Assembly: GCA_964035545.1 (NCBI GenBank)
Contig: OZ037769.1
Span: 3,639,929 to 3,703,928 of the forward strand
DNA length: 64,000 bases
Reading direction: 5' to 3'
Source of the DNA: Bugula neritina
Taxonomy: Eukaryota > Animalia > Bryozoa
Under the pieces are notes generated by a model. The model ran no database searches and was not told the DNA's origin. It saw only the letters and a list, made by a program, of their open reading frames with translations. The position numbers and the translations under genes are program-made. Positions 13,474-26,893 of this stretch are shown here, in pieces (positions within the stretch are counted from its first letter, which is position 1; each line of letters opens with the position of its first letter).

Positions 13474-16400
13474 ATGTCTGAAAAGAATCAGTACAACACC
13501 GACCTTCCCCCTTCTTATGAGGTCAGTTCTGGATTCTCCCAGAATGCTTATGCCACACCAGGCTCTGTACAAGCTGGTTATGTCCCGCCAGGCTCTGTAC
13601 AAGCTGGTTATGCTTCAGTTGGATATTCCTCCGCCTCTGGTCATGTGACTACTCCGCCCACTTCATTTCCGGCATGTTCTCCGAGGGTAGGGATGACTCA
13701 TCTGCCAGGAGGGCTCTTGCCAGAGGTGAGCTAATATGGTATACATTTTATGCTAATCTTAATTTTGCATTATGTGATGCATTAATACATGATAAACAAA
13801 GATTATGTTTAGAGCATAATTTTAGTAATAAGGTGTTTTGAAAACTTGATTTTGTAAAGATAGCCTTTTGCCATTTTAAAAGTATGTATTGCTTTGAAAA
13901 CCTTCCTAGCTGCAATAGTTCACGGAAGTTTTACAAACTCTTGAAGCATACAGTAAACTTGGTGCTAGATTTATACTCTATCAATTAATATACTTGACAC
14001 ATTGAAAGTAGGATATATAAAGAAACAACACCCTCAATGTGTGAGCAACATTTTGATATGAGCAAAACTTTTGTAAAAAAGACGTATTTGTAACAAACTG
14101 GTTTTATAGCATTATAAATATTTTTTGATAATTTGACAGCTGCATTGCTGCATTATTATATGGCATTTAGGTGTAAAATGCATGCTTATTATCTTTATTA
14201 CATTGTTTCACAAAGATACTATAAATGGTGGTACATTGTGTCCGTGCAAGTCTGTTCTGATAAGGCCAGATTATATAATAGTAATATTATATCAATTACC
14301 ATAAATAATATATCAATTAATGAAAGCAAAAGTGCGAAGCATTTGAGTAATTTATAATAATATGTTGACTACTATAAATTACACTAGCTGCTAAGTATTT
14401 TGCTACTCATATCATACTATTTCAACCAAATTGAAGTATGACCTATTTCAAAGACTATATACGAAGGAAATTTTGAACTGAGTATAATTAAATTTTGTTT
14501 TAAATTATACATTCAATTACTCTTCTAGCCAACTAAATAGTATTGTTTACTTATAGCTGCTATATAGCTAACTAAGTTGCTGGCTAATTTATAGTTGCTA
14601 GATACTATTATAGTTAGTAGTTACTAGTTACTATAAGTTACTATAGTTACTAGTAACTAATTACTAGTAGCTAGTAATTATAATAACTAGTTACTATAGT
14701 TACTAGTTACTAGTTACTATAGTTACTATAGTTACTGACCAGTTGCAAACTAATGGTGTTTTGTTCTGAAAAGAAATGACTGTTTTACACACTTAAAAAT
14801 ATGACAAGCATATAAGCAGTTATAGAATATAAACTGTAGTTTGCCATAGTATTGATAGTTATCAGTTTACTAAAACGCATGATAAAGGAAAACAGGTTCG
14901 TGCTATGTAAACAATTGAAGCAGATAAAACTAAGCCAATGTTTGCACTCTGGTTGAAATATGTATAATAGGCACTGCTATTATTCAGCAAAACAAGTGCT
15001 TTGAATCTATGCCTTCTATATTTTTAATTTATAGCATTCGTGGGAAATTTGAATAAATCAGCTCAGAATATTTTTTATATGTTTAGTTATAGTTTACAGC
15101 AAAATAATATGCTGTTGATATACGTATATATGTATAAAGTGGTCAGTGCATTGACAGATTGAAACTAATTTTCAATTTTATAATTTTCAAACTGGGTAAT
15201 ATATTAGATGTCTTTGTTAACAATTTAAAAGGAAATAAAACTAACAAAAAACAAAACCTGCCACATAAAGAACTGAAATAACGCAACAAAATTGATGTTT
15301 TTTTATTAATGCAGGACTTTTATCGTTGTGAATTTATTTTTTGTTTAAAGGCATATCAGAAGATGGACCAGTGCTGGTTTATTACTGCCCTTATTACCTG
15401 CGTATTTTTTTTCCCCCTTGGAATTCCAGCAGCAATATTCTGTCACAAAGCAAAGAAAGCAGCAGAAAGAGGAGACAACTTTGAATATCTCAAGTACCTA
15501 AAGATTGGTAGAGGTCTGGCAGGGGCTGGTATTGGTTTATCCATAGCTGTTATAATAAACTTATCAGTTCAAGTGAGTGTCAATAATTTAAATTTAATAC
15601 TAGAACATTTAGTGTAGATAAAAAAAACTCATGCGAGTTTATAGTCACTCTCCCTGTGAGAAACCCCTGATAGAAAGGGTTTTTGTTAAAGCGGGCTAAG
15701 GACTTATTTAAATGAGGCACAGAAGCAATTATAACTGGATGCTCTTCCTAACATCACCGATGACCTTGGTCTGATCTCAAACCCATGACTTGGAGTTTAC
15801 TAAGCCAGCGTTCTAACCCCTAGACCACGGCTGCTCCCTATATTATAGTGTAGATAAAGAGGGACTAAATAGTTTTAAAAAATAATTAGCATATATACAG
15901 TTAAATAATGAATAAATAAAACAATTTTAGATGCTAAATTGTGTTAAATTGAGAAACATAATTTACACTATATACTATCTACAGAATGCTTTTTTATTAG
16001 TTATAAAACACTGCTTATTATTTGTTTTGGATATATTTTAATAGCTTATAAATTGAGTCAACAACTTCGCATGTACAAAATTGCCAAAATCTCAAAAAAA
16101 GAAAAAAATTAGTAAAATAAGAAATAAAATGAATATAGCTAGCCCATTAGTAAAATTAAATACCTTCTCTATTTTTGACATATGGCATTATATTCAACAA
16201 ACTTCTACCAAAATCTTAGGTCAACTAGCTTACTTTAGATGTTGATCAGCTAATCAGAATTCTTTTAAGAAGTAATAAGTTCCAATATTTGCTAGAGTCG
16301 TTAGTAAATTATTAACGTATTTTGATATGCAGCTCCCACTTAGACTTGGAGGTAGAGATGTTAACATTGACGGTGCTGACGGGATATATCGATACTCTAC

Positions 16401-19327
16401 ATCTGCGCCTCAAAAAAGGTGGAAAAGTGAGTATTTATACTAATATTAGAGACAAACTGGTTACTGATTAAAATTCAGCATTTGGTTAGATATGTGTTTT
16501 ATCAATTTCATAGTTGAACAAGTCATCAAGCTGGCTCATAAAAAACACCTCGTTTTATAGGTATGGGAACTTACATCGGCTGTTATCCCAATCCCCCGGA
16601 GCTGTTTAGCAAACCTCCAGCCGCCTTAGTAGAATCATCTGTATATTCATGTCTATCATACTGCTCCTTTGGTGGTAAGTATGAGAGCTTATAGTATATT
16701 GTTACTGCAAATGAACTACTATAATTACAACGAAATAGTTGGCTCAAACATTATGTGATATGGATTTTGGTTTTCAAGTGTTTTCATATTCATAGTAACT
16801 AGTATATAGCTGTTAAAGCACGAAAAGTATTAAGAACTCTAAGATCTTTAATAGTTGACTTCATGTTTTAAAATTGTTTGCCTATAAAAAGACCAGTTTT
16901 TATTAATTTTTCACCATTTGTATTGAAAATATGGCTTCTCATTGTTTTATTCTGCTTTATTAATTCAACCTCTTCCATGTATTTCTTCTGTTGCCACATT
17001 ACACAACTTTATAAGACAATCATCATAGGCATTGTGTATAATTGAACATATATTGATACATAGTTTTTGAATAACCAAATATTCGCTTTGCCTTGTAAAG
17101 TAGATTATATAATATTACTTGAGTCAGCTGTATAAGCAACAAAATAGTTTCAATATGCCCAGACATGCACAGACTAAAACAAATTGAAATAAATCTTAGG
17201 TTATTTAAAGTTCAGGATAAAACAACTCAAACTTTTGTATTTTAAAATGTTCAGTGCAAAAATTTAATGAAAACAAGAATAGAATTATTTAAATAGCTGT
17301 GGTTTAAAAATTTAACTGCAATGAAACATTATACTACATGTAGAACTCATTGCAGAAGTAGTGTGTTATTACAGTATCACTCTCTGCATGTGACAATTGT
17401 GTATATACAGCTATGTTACATATATTTAAGGTTACACTTACGCTGGAATAGAGGACTCAAACAAATGCTCATGTGGGGACACATATGGCTACGGAAATTT
17501 ATGGCTCGAGAATTATGAATGTGACTCATACTGCTCTGATGAGTCATATGGATGTGGGGGAGATAACAACCAAACATCTATTTACAGCACAAAGTATCTC
17601 GGTCAGAAAAACTATCTTTGCTCCAAAAATGCTGCCCACAAACATTTAAACATCATCCTCTATTTATCTTCGTTTATTAAAATTTTAAAGCTATAACACA
17701 ACCTCTAAAAGTGCCTTATTAAATGAATATAGTTTTAATATTAAGTTTTATTATAAGCTAAAATAATTAAATAAAAGAATGTTAATTTAACAAGACTATA
17801 TATAGTAACATAAAATTATTGTATAGCTGTAAGTGAGTGAAGAACAAATATATAGGCTGCAGTAAATCAAAAATATATTTACAGTTTAATAGCTGTTAGA
17901 CTGTCATTTGCAAATGTTGAAGTGTCTTGAATTACCAAGATAATAGTTGGGTATACATACTATACTTTGTAGGCATGCAGACTAAATGTTGTACTTGCTT
18001 TTTAATTTAGCAACTAAGATATTTGTTCAATCTCCTACATTAAAAGCAAAAATAAATAAATTTATTACTTTTGTGTGCAATAACTAGTATAACAAAAACT
18101 TGCAAAGATAGGGAACTTTTTGAAACTTCTGCAATGATAGAAAAACCAGTTTTACCTAAAAGAATTAAATGAGAGAATGTAATTAAGCAAGACTATATAT
18201 AATAGCATAAAATTATTGTAGCTGTAAATGAGTGAATAATAAACATATTATAGGCTGTAATTCATAAATTTATTTACAGTTTAATAGCTATTATATAACA
18301 CTTATATTATTTTCAAATGCTTAAGTGCTGTGAATAAACAAAACAATTATAATTATATTTCGTAAGTATGCAGAATAGACCTTAATTTAGCAACTGAAAC
18401 TTTAGTTTAATCCTCTGCATTAAAATGTTAAAGAATATGTAATTTATCACTTCTAATATGTGATAATTAGTATATATATTTAAAACTTGCAACAAATAAT
18501 TATTTTTTTTGTAATCTCTATATTACGATGATAAAAAACTTATAGCAATCACTTTTACCTTGTATAATTTAAAAACTTAGTAATTGTAGTTAGTAATTGC
18601 TTACAGACATGAGCTTATAACAATATTAACCAATAACAACTTTAAGAATTGCAGTTAACTGTATGCATATTTAATTATCTAGGCTGCTACAATGGAAGTC
18701 TGGCGTATGAAATGGATCACATGGGAGATGCAGTAAAACCAGAAACATGTTTTTCAGTGTGTCAAAGAAAAGGTATGAAAACATACAATTTTTGTTGTTT
18801 TGGTGTAATTAAGCTTTAGATTTTGGTCTAAAAATATACTAATTATATAGAGTGAGCTATTATATAGTGTGGTGTTTAATAATACTGAGAATTGACAAAA
18901 CTTCTGTATGCATCTCATTATACCATGAAAATTAATAATGACGACTGTCACTAACTAATAATATCGCTAATTACTTCAAAGTGTAGCAACTAACTAAAAT
19001 ATTTGAGCAATCCTTATTGAATTCTGTCAACTTCATAAAAGTAGAAAGCTAATTATAATACAAATTGTATCAATTTAACAGTAAAGCCTATTCATATGAC
19101 TTTGCATTAGTAAGATATTATGTGTTATATACAACAGTCATGCTGAATTATTTATTGCAGGGTTTGACTTTGCTGGATTGATAGATGGGGGAAAATGCTT
19201 CTGTGATCTTTACTATATTCTTGCGAGTAGAAAACTGCATGATGACCTCTGTGACTTCAAATGTAAAGCCGACCCAGACAGTATTTGTGGTTCAAAAACG
19301 GCATCGGTTGTTTTTCCAATACGTTAA
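13474..19327 (+). CDS. Gene A3: Pro-rich tail + CD225 + linker + 2 WSC, about 369 aa (alternative upstream ATG at 13417)
   Basis: Exons 13474-13725, 15351-15572, 16333-16426, 16561-16674, 17431-17601, 18683-18772, 19161-19327. Total 1110 nt, open frame, same phases as A2 and same or +3 nt exon sizes. Non-coding exon donor at 12998. Confidence 0.88.
14610..14737. repeat. AGTTACT/AGTTACTAT simple repeat
   Basis: Direct observation in the A3 intron. Confidence 0.85.
15623..15845 (-). mobile_element. tRNA-derived SINE, family 1
   Basis: Minus-strand head gggagcagccgtggtctaggggttagaacgctggcttagtaaac...gggtttgag. TSD TAGTGTAGATAAA at 15610-15622 and 15846-15858. Confidence 0.85.
17790..18495 (+). 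repeat. Intronic tandem duplication, period about 400 bp, in gene A3
   Basis: caagactatatata..taaaattattgta..gctgtaa.tgagtgaa occurs at 17791 and 18188, with colinear similarity downstream. Confidence 0.75.
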
Positions 19328-20353
19328 ACTTACTAAACTGCATGTATTGCTTGGCAGCCATTCGAATTTTATTTTCAGATGTGATTTTTCAGCAATTTGA
19401 ACTGTTATTTTTTATACTTTTATTCCATTGCTTGTATTTTATCAAAATTAAAATATAAAGAGCACAAACCTGTTCACCATCTTCTTAAACAGTGGTTTAT
19501 TAAGAGATTTAAATAAAACATTGAATCTAATTGCCTATTTCTTTTATACATGATTAAACCTTACAGCTTTGATATGTAATGAAAGAAATTTATATGTATT
19601 TGCTATAATATATACACATGATTAGACTATGACATCTAACTGCAAATATTTGCTAGAACCATAATCCCATGATAACTTCTTTTTTATATAATAATTGGTA
19701 ATTGATAACTGATAATTGATAATTGATAATCAGTGATTGCCAAAAATAATTATCACCTCATCTTTAATGAAACAATTGGAATCTTTGACTTGTTTTGCAA
19801 CTACAGTGAACAATGTTTTAGATAAATCATATGAATATTGTGTAATATTGAAATATACAAACAGCGATATGCCGGCTTGCAAGACATCTTAAGTTTTAAA
19901 ATATTGACAGCATTGTTAATAAATTCAGCAAAGTACTACAATACTTATATGCAATGTTGGCTTTTGCAAACACATTTAATTATAATATTATAAAATATAG
20001 TTTATATAATTGTTGTTGAAGGTTTAATGAACAAGCTCTAAATTGGTGGTTGATGTAATTACATGAGTCCATTTTTTTTCTATAACTTGTTTCCTATTTG
20101 TTGTAGTTTAGAAGTTGTTCTCTCTTATTATGTTTTGATATGTATACTTCTAACTTAAGTAGTTTATGATTTTATAGTACTCTTTCCACTGTAAAAAAAT
20201 AATTGCAAATTATTGCAATTATTATTGCTACAATTGAACCAATGATTTTTGTGTTGTTATATTTGCCTCATTACTACTTTGTTCTACCATACTAAATAAT
20301 GATGTTTATTGAGTGTGGAATCATGACTTTTATAATTTTATAGAAGACAAGTA

Positions 20354-21244
20354 GGGGAAACCTGGGTGATATGGGCCACTTAAGCCCACCGCCCAGGCTG
20401 ACTATGGTTGATTGAAAATTAGTATTTCATCATGTGGGTGCTATCTTTACTGACACACAAACAGAGTTTGAAGCTCCTATACAGATGCTTGACTGAGCTA
20501 TATGGGCCACCACAGACTCCGTCACATAAAGTCAGCTTTTTTGTGTTGAAAATGCATTTTGCTATATTAAAAAGTAACATAAAACAATATATTTAAAATA
20601 AGTGTGTAACAGCTTCTTTTAATGCCTCCTAACTCCAAGCATTTCAAATATTTTTGAAAAAATATCTTGGCATCTAAAATACATTGCATGAGTATGAATA
20701 TTTCAAGCACACATTCTACGGCAACTGGCTATATTGTTGTCTAATCAATATTTAGAAGTTTAATGCTTCATCATTTTTTGAAACACTTGAGAAATAGTAT
20801 TATTTTTCTTCAAACAAGTATATGAACAGAAAAATTCACGGTCCATATCACCCCCCAAGTGGCGGTCCATATCACCCAAAAATCATGTCACCAAAAATTT
20901 TGAATTCCTACAGGCAGAGAGTGGACAAGTATTATATATACTATTTGGGTATTTATACATACCTTCCACACATTATCTTTAGATACAGGCCCCTTACTTC
21001 AGATAATTTTTTTCAATGAAAATATATCCACAAAATTTGTGAAAAGTTATAAGAAAATGAGCAAAAAGAGAAAATGTGTCTTTATTTTCTAAGACAAAGA
21101 GACAAGTCTAAAATATGTAGACAGGAAGTTAGATATTCCTAATTCTAAGCAATGAGACACTTTCCAACTTTCTAGTAACCTTGGATACTGCAAAACATGC
21201 ATGGTCCATATCACCCGGGTGGTTCATATCACCCAGGTTTCCCC
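20354..21244. mobile_element. Non-autonomous DNA transposon (MITE), TA target site, Tc1/mariner-pogo-like
   Basis: TA|GGGGAAACCTGGGTGATATG ... CATATCACCCAGGTTTCCCC|TA, a perfect 20-bp TIR. Internal ccatatcaccc repeats near 20843, 20867, 21206. No transposase ORF. Confidence 0.9.
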
Positions 21245-21593
21245 TAACAATTATAGTGCATTATATAATTTATACTTACAATTTCTGTATGTGTGTGTCA
21301 ATATAAAAATTTAAAAACATATATACTTTAACTCAATACAACAAAAAGCCTTGATTTTTTAAAAATATGTCTTAAAAACTGTGTATTCATTTTGTCTTGC
21401 TATTAGACATTATAGTTTCAACTGCAATATTTTTTCTGTAAACTGTTAGTCTAATAAAACTTTAATTCATCTTATTAAGTTATGTCACAAATCAAGCATA
21501 AACATAATGTTGCATTTAAAAAAATTTCAAAGTAATATTTTAGTTGAAACAAGCAAACATGCAATTGAAACGCAGCAAAAGATACTATAATTG

Positions 21594-21956
21594 TTAGTCT
21601 TTCGAAGATTTGTAAACATCTCCAGTTTTGGTGTCCACCGAGCGAGAGAATGGATTTTGAGGGAGATACTTCCAAATACCTTGTGCTTCATTTCTGCAAT
21701 AGAAATATCTTATATATAGTTCATTATCACTATAAAAACAACTTAATCTCTAAAATCTGATCAGTTATAGAATAAAATCAAAGCTATTACATAATCATGA
21801 CTTAGATGTTTAGCATCTGACTTACTCATTACGAAGGCAGCATCCACTGCCTGTATGCTCTTTTTCCACGCATGTAGTCCTACGTGAGGGTTGATTAGGA
21901 GCAGAGTCACGACTATCTGGGTAACAGTCACGCTCAGGACGAAGACCTTTATTCAT
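21594..21956 (-). CDS. Gene B1: 76-aa divergent member of the small His/Cys protein family
   Basis: Exons 21956-21826 and 21693-21594 with a phase-2 GT-AG intron. MNKGLRPERDCYPDSRDSAPNQPSRRTTCVEKEHTGSGCCLRNENEAQGIWKYLPQNPFSRSVDTKTGDVYKSSKD. Same 131-nt first coding exon and ag|aaATG context as B2. Shares NxGxR, YPD, H-x4-C and DxKTG motifs but lacks the CxC motifs. Confidence 0.62.
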
Positions 21957-24900
21957 TTCTAAAGCATAAACAAGTTTAACAACTTGGAAAAATTAATGAT
22001 ATTAACATGCAATTCAAGTTTGCCTATACTGAAAAAGCCCTGTCTGACTATCACTGCGGGAGTGATTGAGATAAAAAATCTCCGAGTTTCACTATTTTTA
22101 TTCACAAATGTAGAATGTGCGAGTTTCTTTTTAAATTGTTCTCAATTAATAAGATTCGTTTATAATTAAAAAGCATGAGTATAATATTTAATATGTTAAC
22201 TCAGCACAATATTCTTTATTTAAAAAAAATATTTATATCAGTTTTTCAAGAACTTTATACAAAGTTCTGCAAAGTGTTTTTAGTATAATAAGCTTCAGTG
22301 CAAATCTTACATAATTACTTGCTTGCATATGATTTATAAAGAGCACACTTATAACAGTTTATATATGCTATTAACTTAGCATGTTACTGTTTTAGATTTC
22401 GTTCAAGTAAAAAAAATATAATTAATTAACAAATAAGTTTGTAAGATTTGCACTGAAGCTTATTACTGAAAACGCTTTTGCAAAACTTTATATAATGTTG
22501 GTGAAATAATATGAAAAACATAAGAAACATGTGTGATATTTACTTAAAAAGTTAGATGCCAAAAATAATATATTTAAAGTCTATAAATTGCTGATTTTAA
22601 CAATTGCAATACACTTACTGATTTGTAGTTCACACTTTGTAAGACAAATTAAAATTACTATAACCTTCTTCTACAGCTGTCACTGTTGTTTATGGGTTGC
22701 TCCACTATATGGTGTGCTTTATATATAGAAGCAAAGATTTTGTCATGCTGATGAAAACATATATGATCGTCAGCATTCCATCAAACTGCTTATTCTTTCC
22801 TTCCACTGGATTTTTTTATTTCCTGCAACTTTAAGTTTAAAAAAACAAGTTTTCAAAGAGAATTAATAAAATCTTTTGTGTTTAGCTATTATATCTTATT
22901 CACACCCCAGATCTATAGCTGATTCACATTTACATAATAATTTTTATTCCACAACTCAATTCTGGGGAAATTGAAAGTTCCACACAACTACATCATGATT
23001 TGACATCTTATGTTATTCAACAACAAAATTAATGCTAGCATTGATATTAAAATGTAACCAGTTTTGACACTTTAATGCTGAAAATGATTTTGATTATTTT
23101 AATTAAAGGCAACTTAATTATACATGAAATTAACTGATAGTAAATGCTAATGTTATAGTATATGTTCATCTGTTAAATAAAATAAAGCACGAAGCTATGA
23201 ACCCGCTGTTTTATTCATAGTTAAATGTATATTTTTTATGATATAAATAATAGTTTACTCAATGGCCATGTATGTCATGAGGTACAACTATGAACATATA
23301 ATAGTTCTAAGTTTTAAAGTAGCATCTATTTAACTTCATTAACCTTTTGGATAAATCTTTAAGTTGTATAAATTGAAACACATGAGAGTTTTGTTAAAAA
23401 ACTAGATTTGCTAGGGTACATGTTAAGGATTTGTCAAACGTAAGTTGTTATTCTTTTAAAATATAATCTGATATAAAGCTTATTAAAGTACTTGTAGACT
23501 AGCTAACATTTCACTTACAAAATATTTGCGCTAAAAACAAGCCAACCTTATGTATGAGATATGATTGTCGCTAATTTCAAGCATGGTATTATGTATATAT
23601 GTATATATTATGGTTATTTAGGATTGCTGTCAACTTTAACTTTTCTATCATAAAAATATTCTTTTCTAATTTCATTTTAATTGTAAAATGCATTAAGAAT
23701 ATAACAGTGGTTAACCATGGCATGCTTGGGATGTGTAAATAAAGTCACACATATCAAATAAAAATAAATGCAACTGAAATAGGTTTGGTTGACACTAACT
23801 GTTCACCACAATTATTATAAAACTTTTAAGATGTTTAAATAGCTATATGCTAGCCACCCTCTCTAAACCTTTTACATTTGTAGATTATTTTTGATTTAAC
23901 TGCTGTTCAATGATTGAATAAATTGTAAAACTATACTAGAAATCAAATATATCTACTATAGAATAATAATTTTATAGTTGTAATTGGTCGGCAATAGCTA
24001 TATATATGACTTCTTTTTCGCTTTTATCTATAACAGTAACACTGTAAAACACCAGGCACTGTTTGATTTGGTTATGATTATTATTTTATGTTGGGTAAAC
24101 ACGCTTTGAATTAAAGCATTAATCATCTTATGTTTGAAACTCCAGTAAGCATAATGTATAGCATATAATGCTCACTGGTAGGGGTAGGAATTAAATGACC
24201 TCAGTATAGAATCAATAATATAATTCAACTGTTATGTCAGCAAGTTTTGAAAGTTGGAATTTCATCTGGAAAATATTTGCTGAGTTTTTGGAAAGAGCAG
24301 TAGTTTCCATTTTCCTAAATTCAACAAAAAGAAATTAGTCAACAATATTTAATTGCAGTTTCAGTTAATCAATTCAATATAGGTATCTACCTATGATTAT
24401 ATATAGCTCAATGTGTGCATGCTTGTAGCTATTGTTTTACTGTTATTGCTATAGGCCTAAATGTTGTATGCTTATCCATTAATTATTCACCGTCTTTCCA
24501 TGATTCATTCTCAGATCGCTCTATAGTGAGATAGATCTACGGAAAGAAGTAGGAAAGACAGTCTTCATAATATGTTCTCTGCTAATAAAAGTGATAGCCT
24601 AATTTATTGTTAATTACTAAGCAAAGTATTGAATAATCTCTATTGCTACCTTTTCAGATGTCAAAACTTTGACTTTCATCGCAATGATGAAGAAAACTCA
24701 TTTATATAAAATTATAGATAGTATAAGGAGGTGCAAAAATTGAGAGCAATTAAATTGAATTTAAATGTGCAGTAAAACTTGCTAGCTTTTACTAGTTATT
24801 TGCTGCATAATTTAAAGCCTAACAATCATCTAGGTGTAGGAATAATTTGCAAGACAGCTATTAATTTTATATAAGCTGTCAAGCTAAAATATTAAAACTA

Positions 24901-25439
24901 GTTACTTATCTTAAACAGGCCAAATTACTTTGCACTAAAAGCTTTGCTGCGTATAGTTTATATATAGCTGGAGTTAAATTTTAGACTTCAAAAATCTTGT
25001 TTTTCAACAAATCATAGTATTAAAGTACCCTTCACTTAAGAGGAGGCAACTATAATTTATATGGGCTATAATTATAGCTATAAGCACATTAGCTATTTAG
25101 CAATCAATACAACAGTTATAGCCTATAAGTACCAAAATAAAAAATGGCGTCCATGTGAGAAGCGTCTAAGAGGGAAATTTAGCCTAGCGTCTAACTGGGA
25201 TGAAACCAGCTATATATAATAGCAAATGGACAGACCAATCAATAAGTTTGCTGTCGTGCTGCAAACTGTAGCTATTTAAAAACGGTTAAAAACAGAAACC
25301 TATTATACAAAATTTAGCTTTTTTGAAATTAAAATTACCTAAATATATTTCAACTGTAAATTAAAGCAATCATACAATGACATAAAAAACTCATTATAAA
25401 AACTAGAATTATATTTATGCAATAATTTAGAATTAGTTG

Positions 25440-25850
25440 AAATACCAACAGAACACCAGAAAATAATTGTTCACTCTAAAAGTCCATCCTTATCTCCAAT
25501 GTTGAACAATAGACAAAAAACATGACAGTAATTTTGATGTCACTATGGGAAGCTATGACAGTGCTGAAACCTGCCAACTAATTGGAATCTATCTGCTTAA
25601 CCTAGTAACTACTGAAATGAATCTAGAATGCAATTTAGACCTATATAGAGATGATGGACTTATAGTTTGTGAAGGAACACCTAGACATATAGAACAGAAC
25701 AAGAAACAAATCTGCAACTTTTTTTAGAAAATTTAATCTCTCAATCACAATAGATGCCAATAAGAAAGTTGTAAACTTCCCAGATATAACGTTCAACCTA
25801 ACTAACCAATCCTACAAATCCTATACAAAACCAAAAAACACTATCCTACA
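25440..25850 (+). mobile_element. Penelope-like retroelement reverse transcriptase relic
   Basis: FDVTMGSYDSAETCQLIGIYLL...LYRDDGL...EQNKKQICNFF, then after a frameshift NLSITIDANKKVVNFPDITFNLTNQSYKSYTKP. These are motifs typical of Penelope-type RT, here disrupted. Confidence 0.85.
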
Positions 25851-26671
25851 ATACAAACCCAGACCTCAGCAAATCACGGCTGACATGCTATCTCCCGTGC
25901 ACCCATTCATACACCAACTTCACAGAAGTTTTCTGACGATCAAATATTTCAGATAGAATCTTAATTTCTGTCTGATCTATCTATACTGTCTATCTACATG
26001 TGACTGCTCCACATAACTAAATAAAAGGAGATGTTGATAGCTGTGAGTAACATCATTACATCTAACAGAAGCCATATCTTACAATCCATTTTAACTATTC
26101 AAATTATGTTTATATTGCTACTCATACACATGTACCATACAACTAAGGCCACTTTTTTATATTCTCTCTGGTTAGAGAACAACACTCATAGTCCTCATGT
26201 AAATAAAGGCAGTAATCAGGTGCAGTCATTACTAAGCAACTCACACCAACATAAACAAAATAACCTCCATCAGTATAAAATAAATGCAACTTAACTGTGA
26301 GCAAGTTTTAAAAATTGAAATTTTACTGTAGTAATTGGAAAATAAACTATTTTGACGTTGTGGAAAGAGCAGTAGTTTCTATTTTCCTAAATTAAACAAA
26401 AAGAAATTAGTTAAATGCACTTAAACAAACAATATTTCACTGCTGGTTCAGTTAATCAATTTATTAGATATTTACCCATGATCGTAGCTCTATGTGTGCA
26501 TTATGCTTATATAGCTATTGTTTTATTGAATAAGTCTATCTATTGCTAGCTTAATTAAATATCTTGTATAATATTATTACACAATCTTTATGCAAACTAA
26601 ATCTTTTTACTTCATATAAGTTGAAACTCATATTTTATCACTTACATAACGATGACTTATACTGAGCAACT

Positions 26672-26893
26672 AAAAAAAAACTCACGCAAGTTTATAGTCA
26701 CTATCCTTGTGAAAAACTCCTGGTGAAAAGGGTTTTGTTAAAGCAGTCTAAGGACTTATCTAAATGAGGCACAGGAGTAATTATGACTGGATACTCTTTC
26801 TAACATTACCAATGGCCTTTGTCTGGGCTCGAATCCATGACCTCTTGTTTACTAGGCAAATGCTCTAACCCTTAGACCACGGCTGCTCCCTAC
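26672..26893 (-). mobile_element. tRNA-Thr(AGT)-like SINE, family 1
   Basis: Head ...gcctagtaaacaagaggtcatggattcgagccc resembles the tRNA-Thr(AGT) anticodon and T arms. TSD ACTGAGCAACT at 26661-26671 and 26894-26904. Confidence 0.85.

Larger units (their letters stand above)
21..13750 (+). repeat. Recent tandem segmental duplication, period about 7.5 kb (about 21-6235 vs about 7565-13750)
   Basis: Exons, introns and intergenic DNA are colinear and highly similar (e.g. 508 vs 8058, 2916 vs 10494, 5954 vs 13474), with scattered substitutions and indels. Confidence 0.95.

Noticed and set aside
22665-22822. Extra coding exon for B1
   Set aside because: The splice signals are plausible but the required frame has stops. 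It may be 5' UTR.
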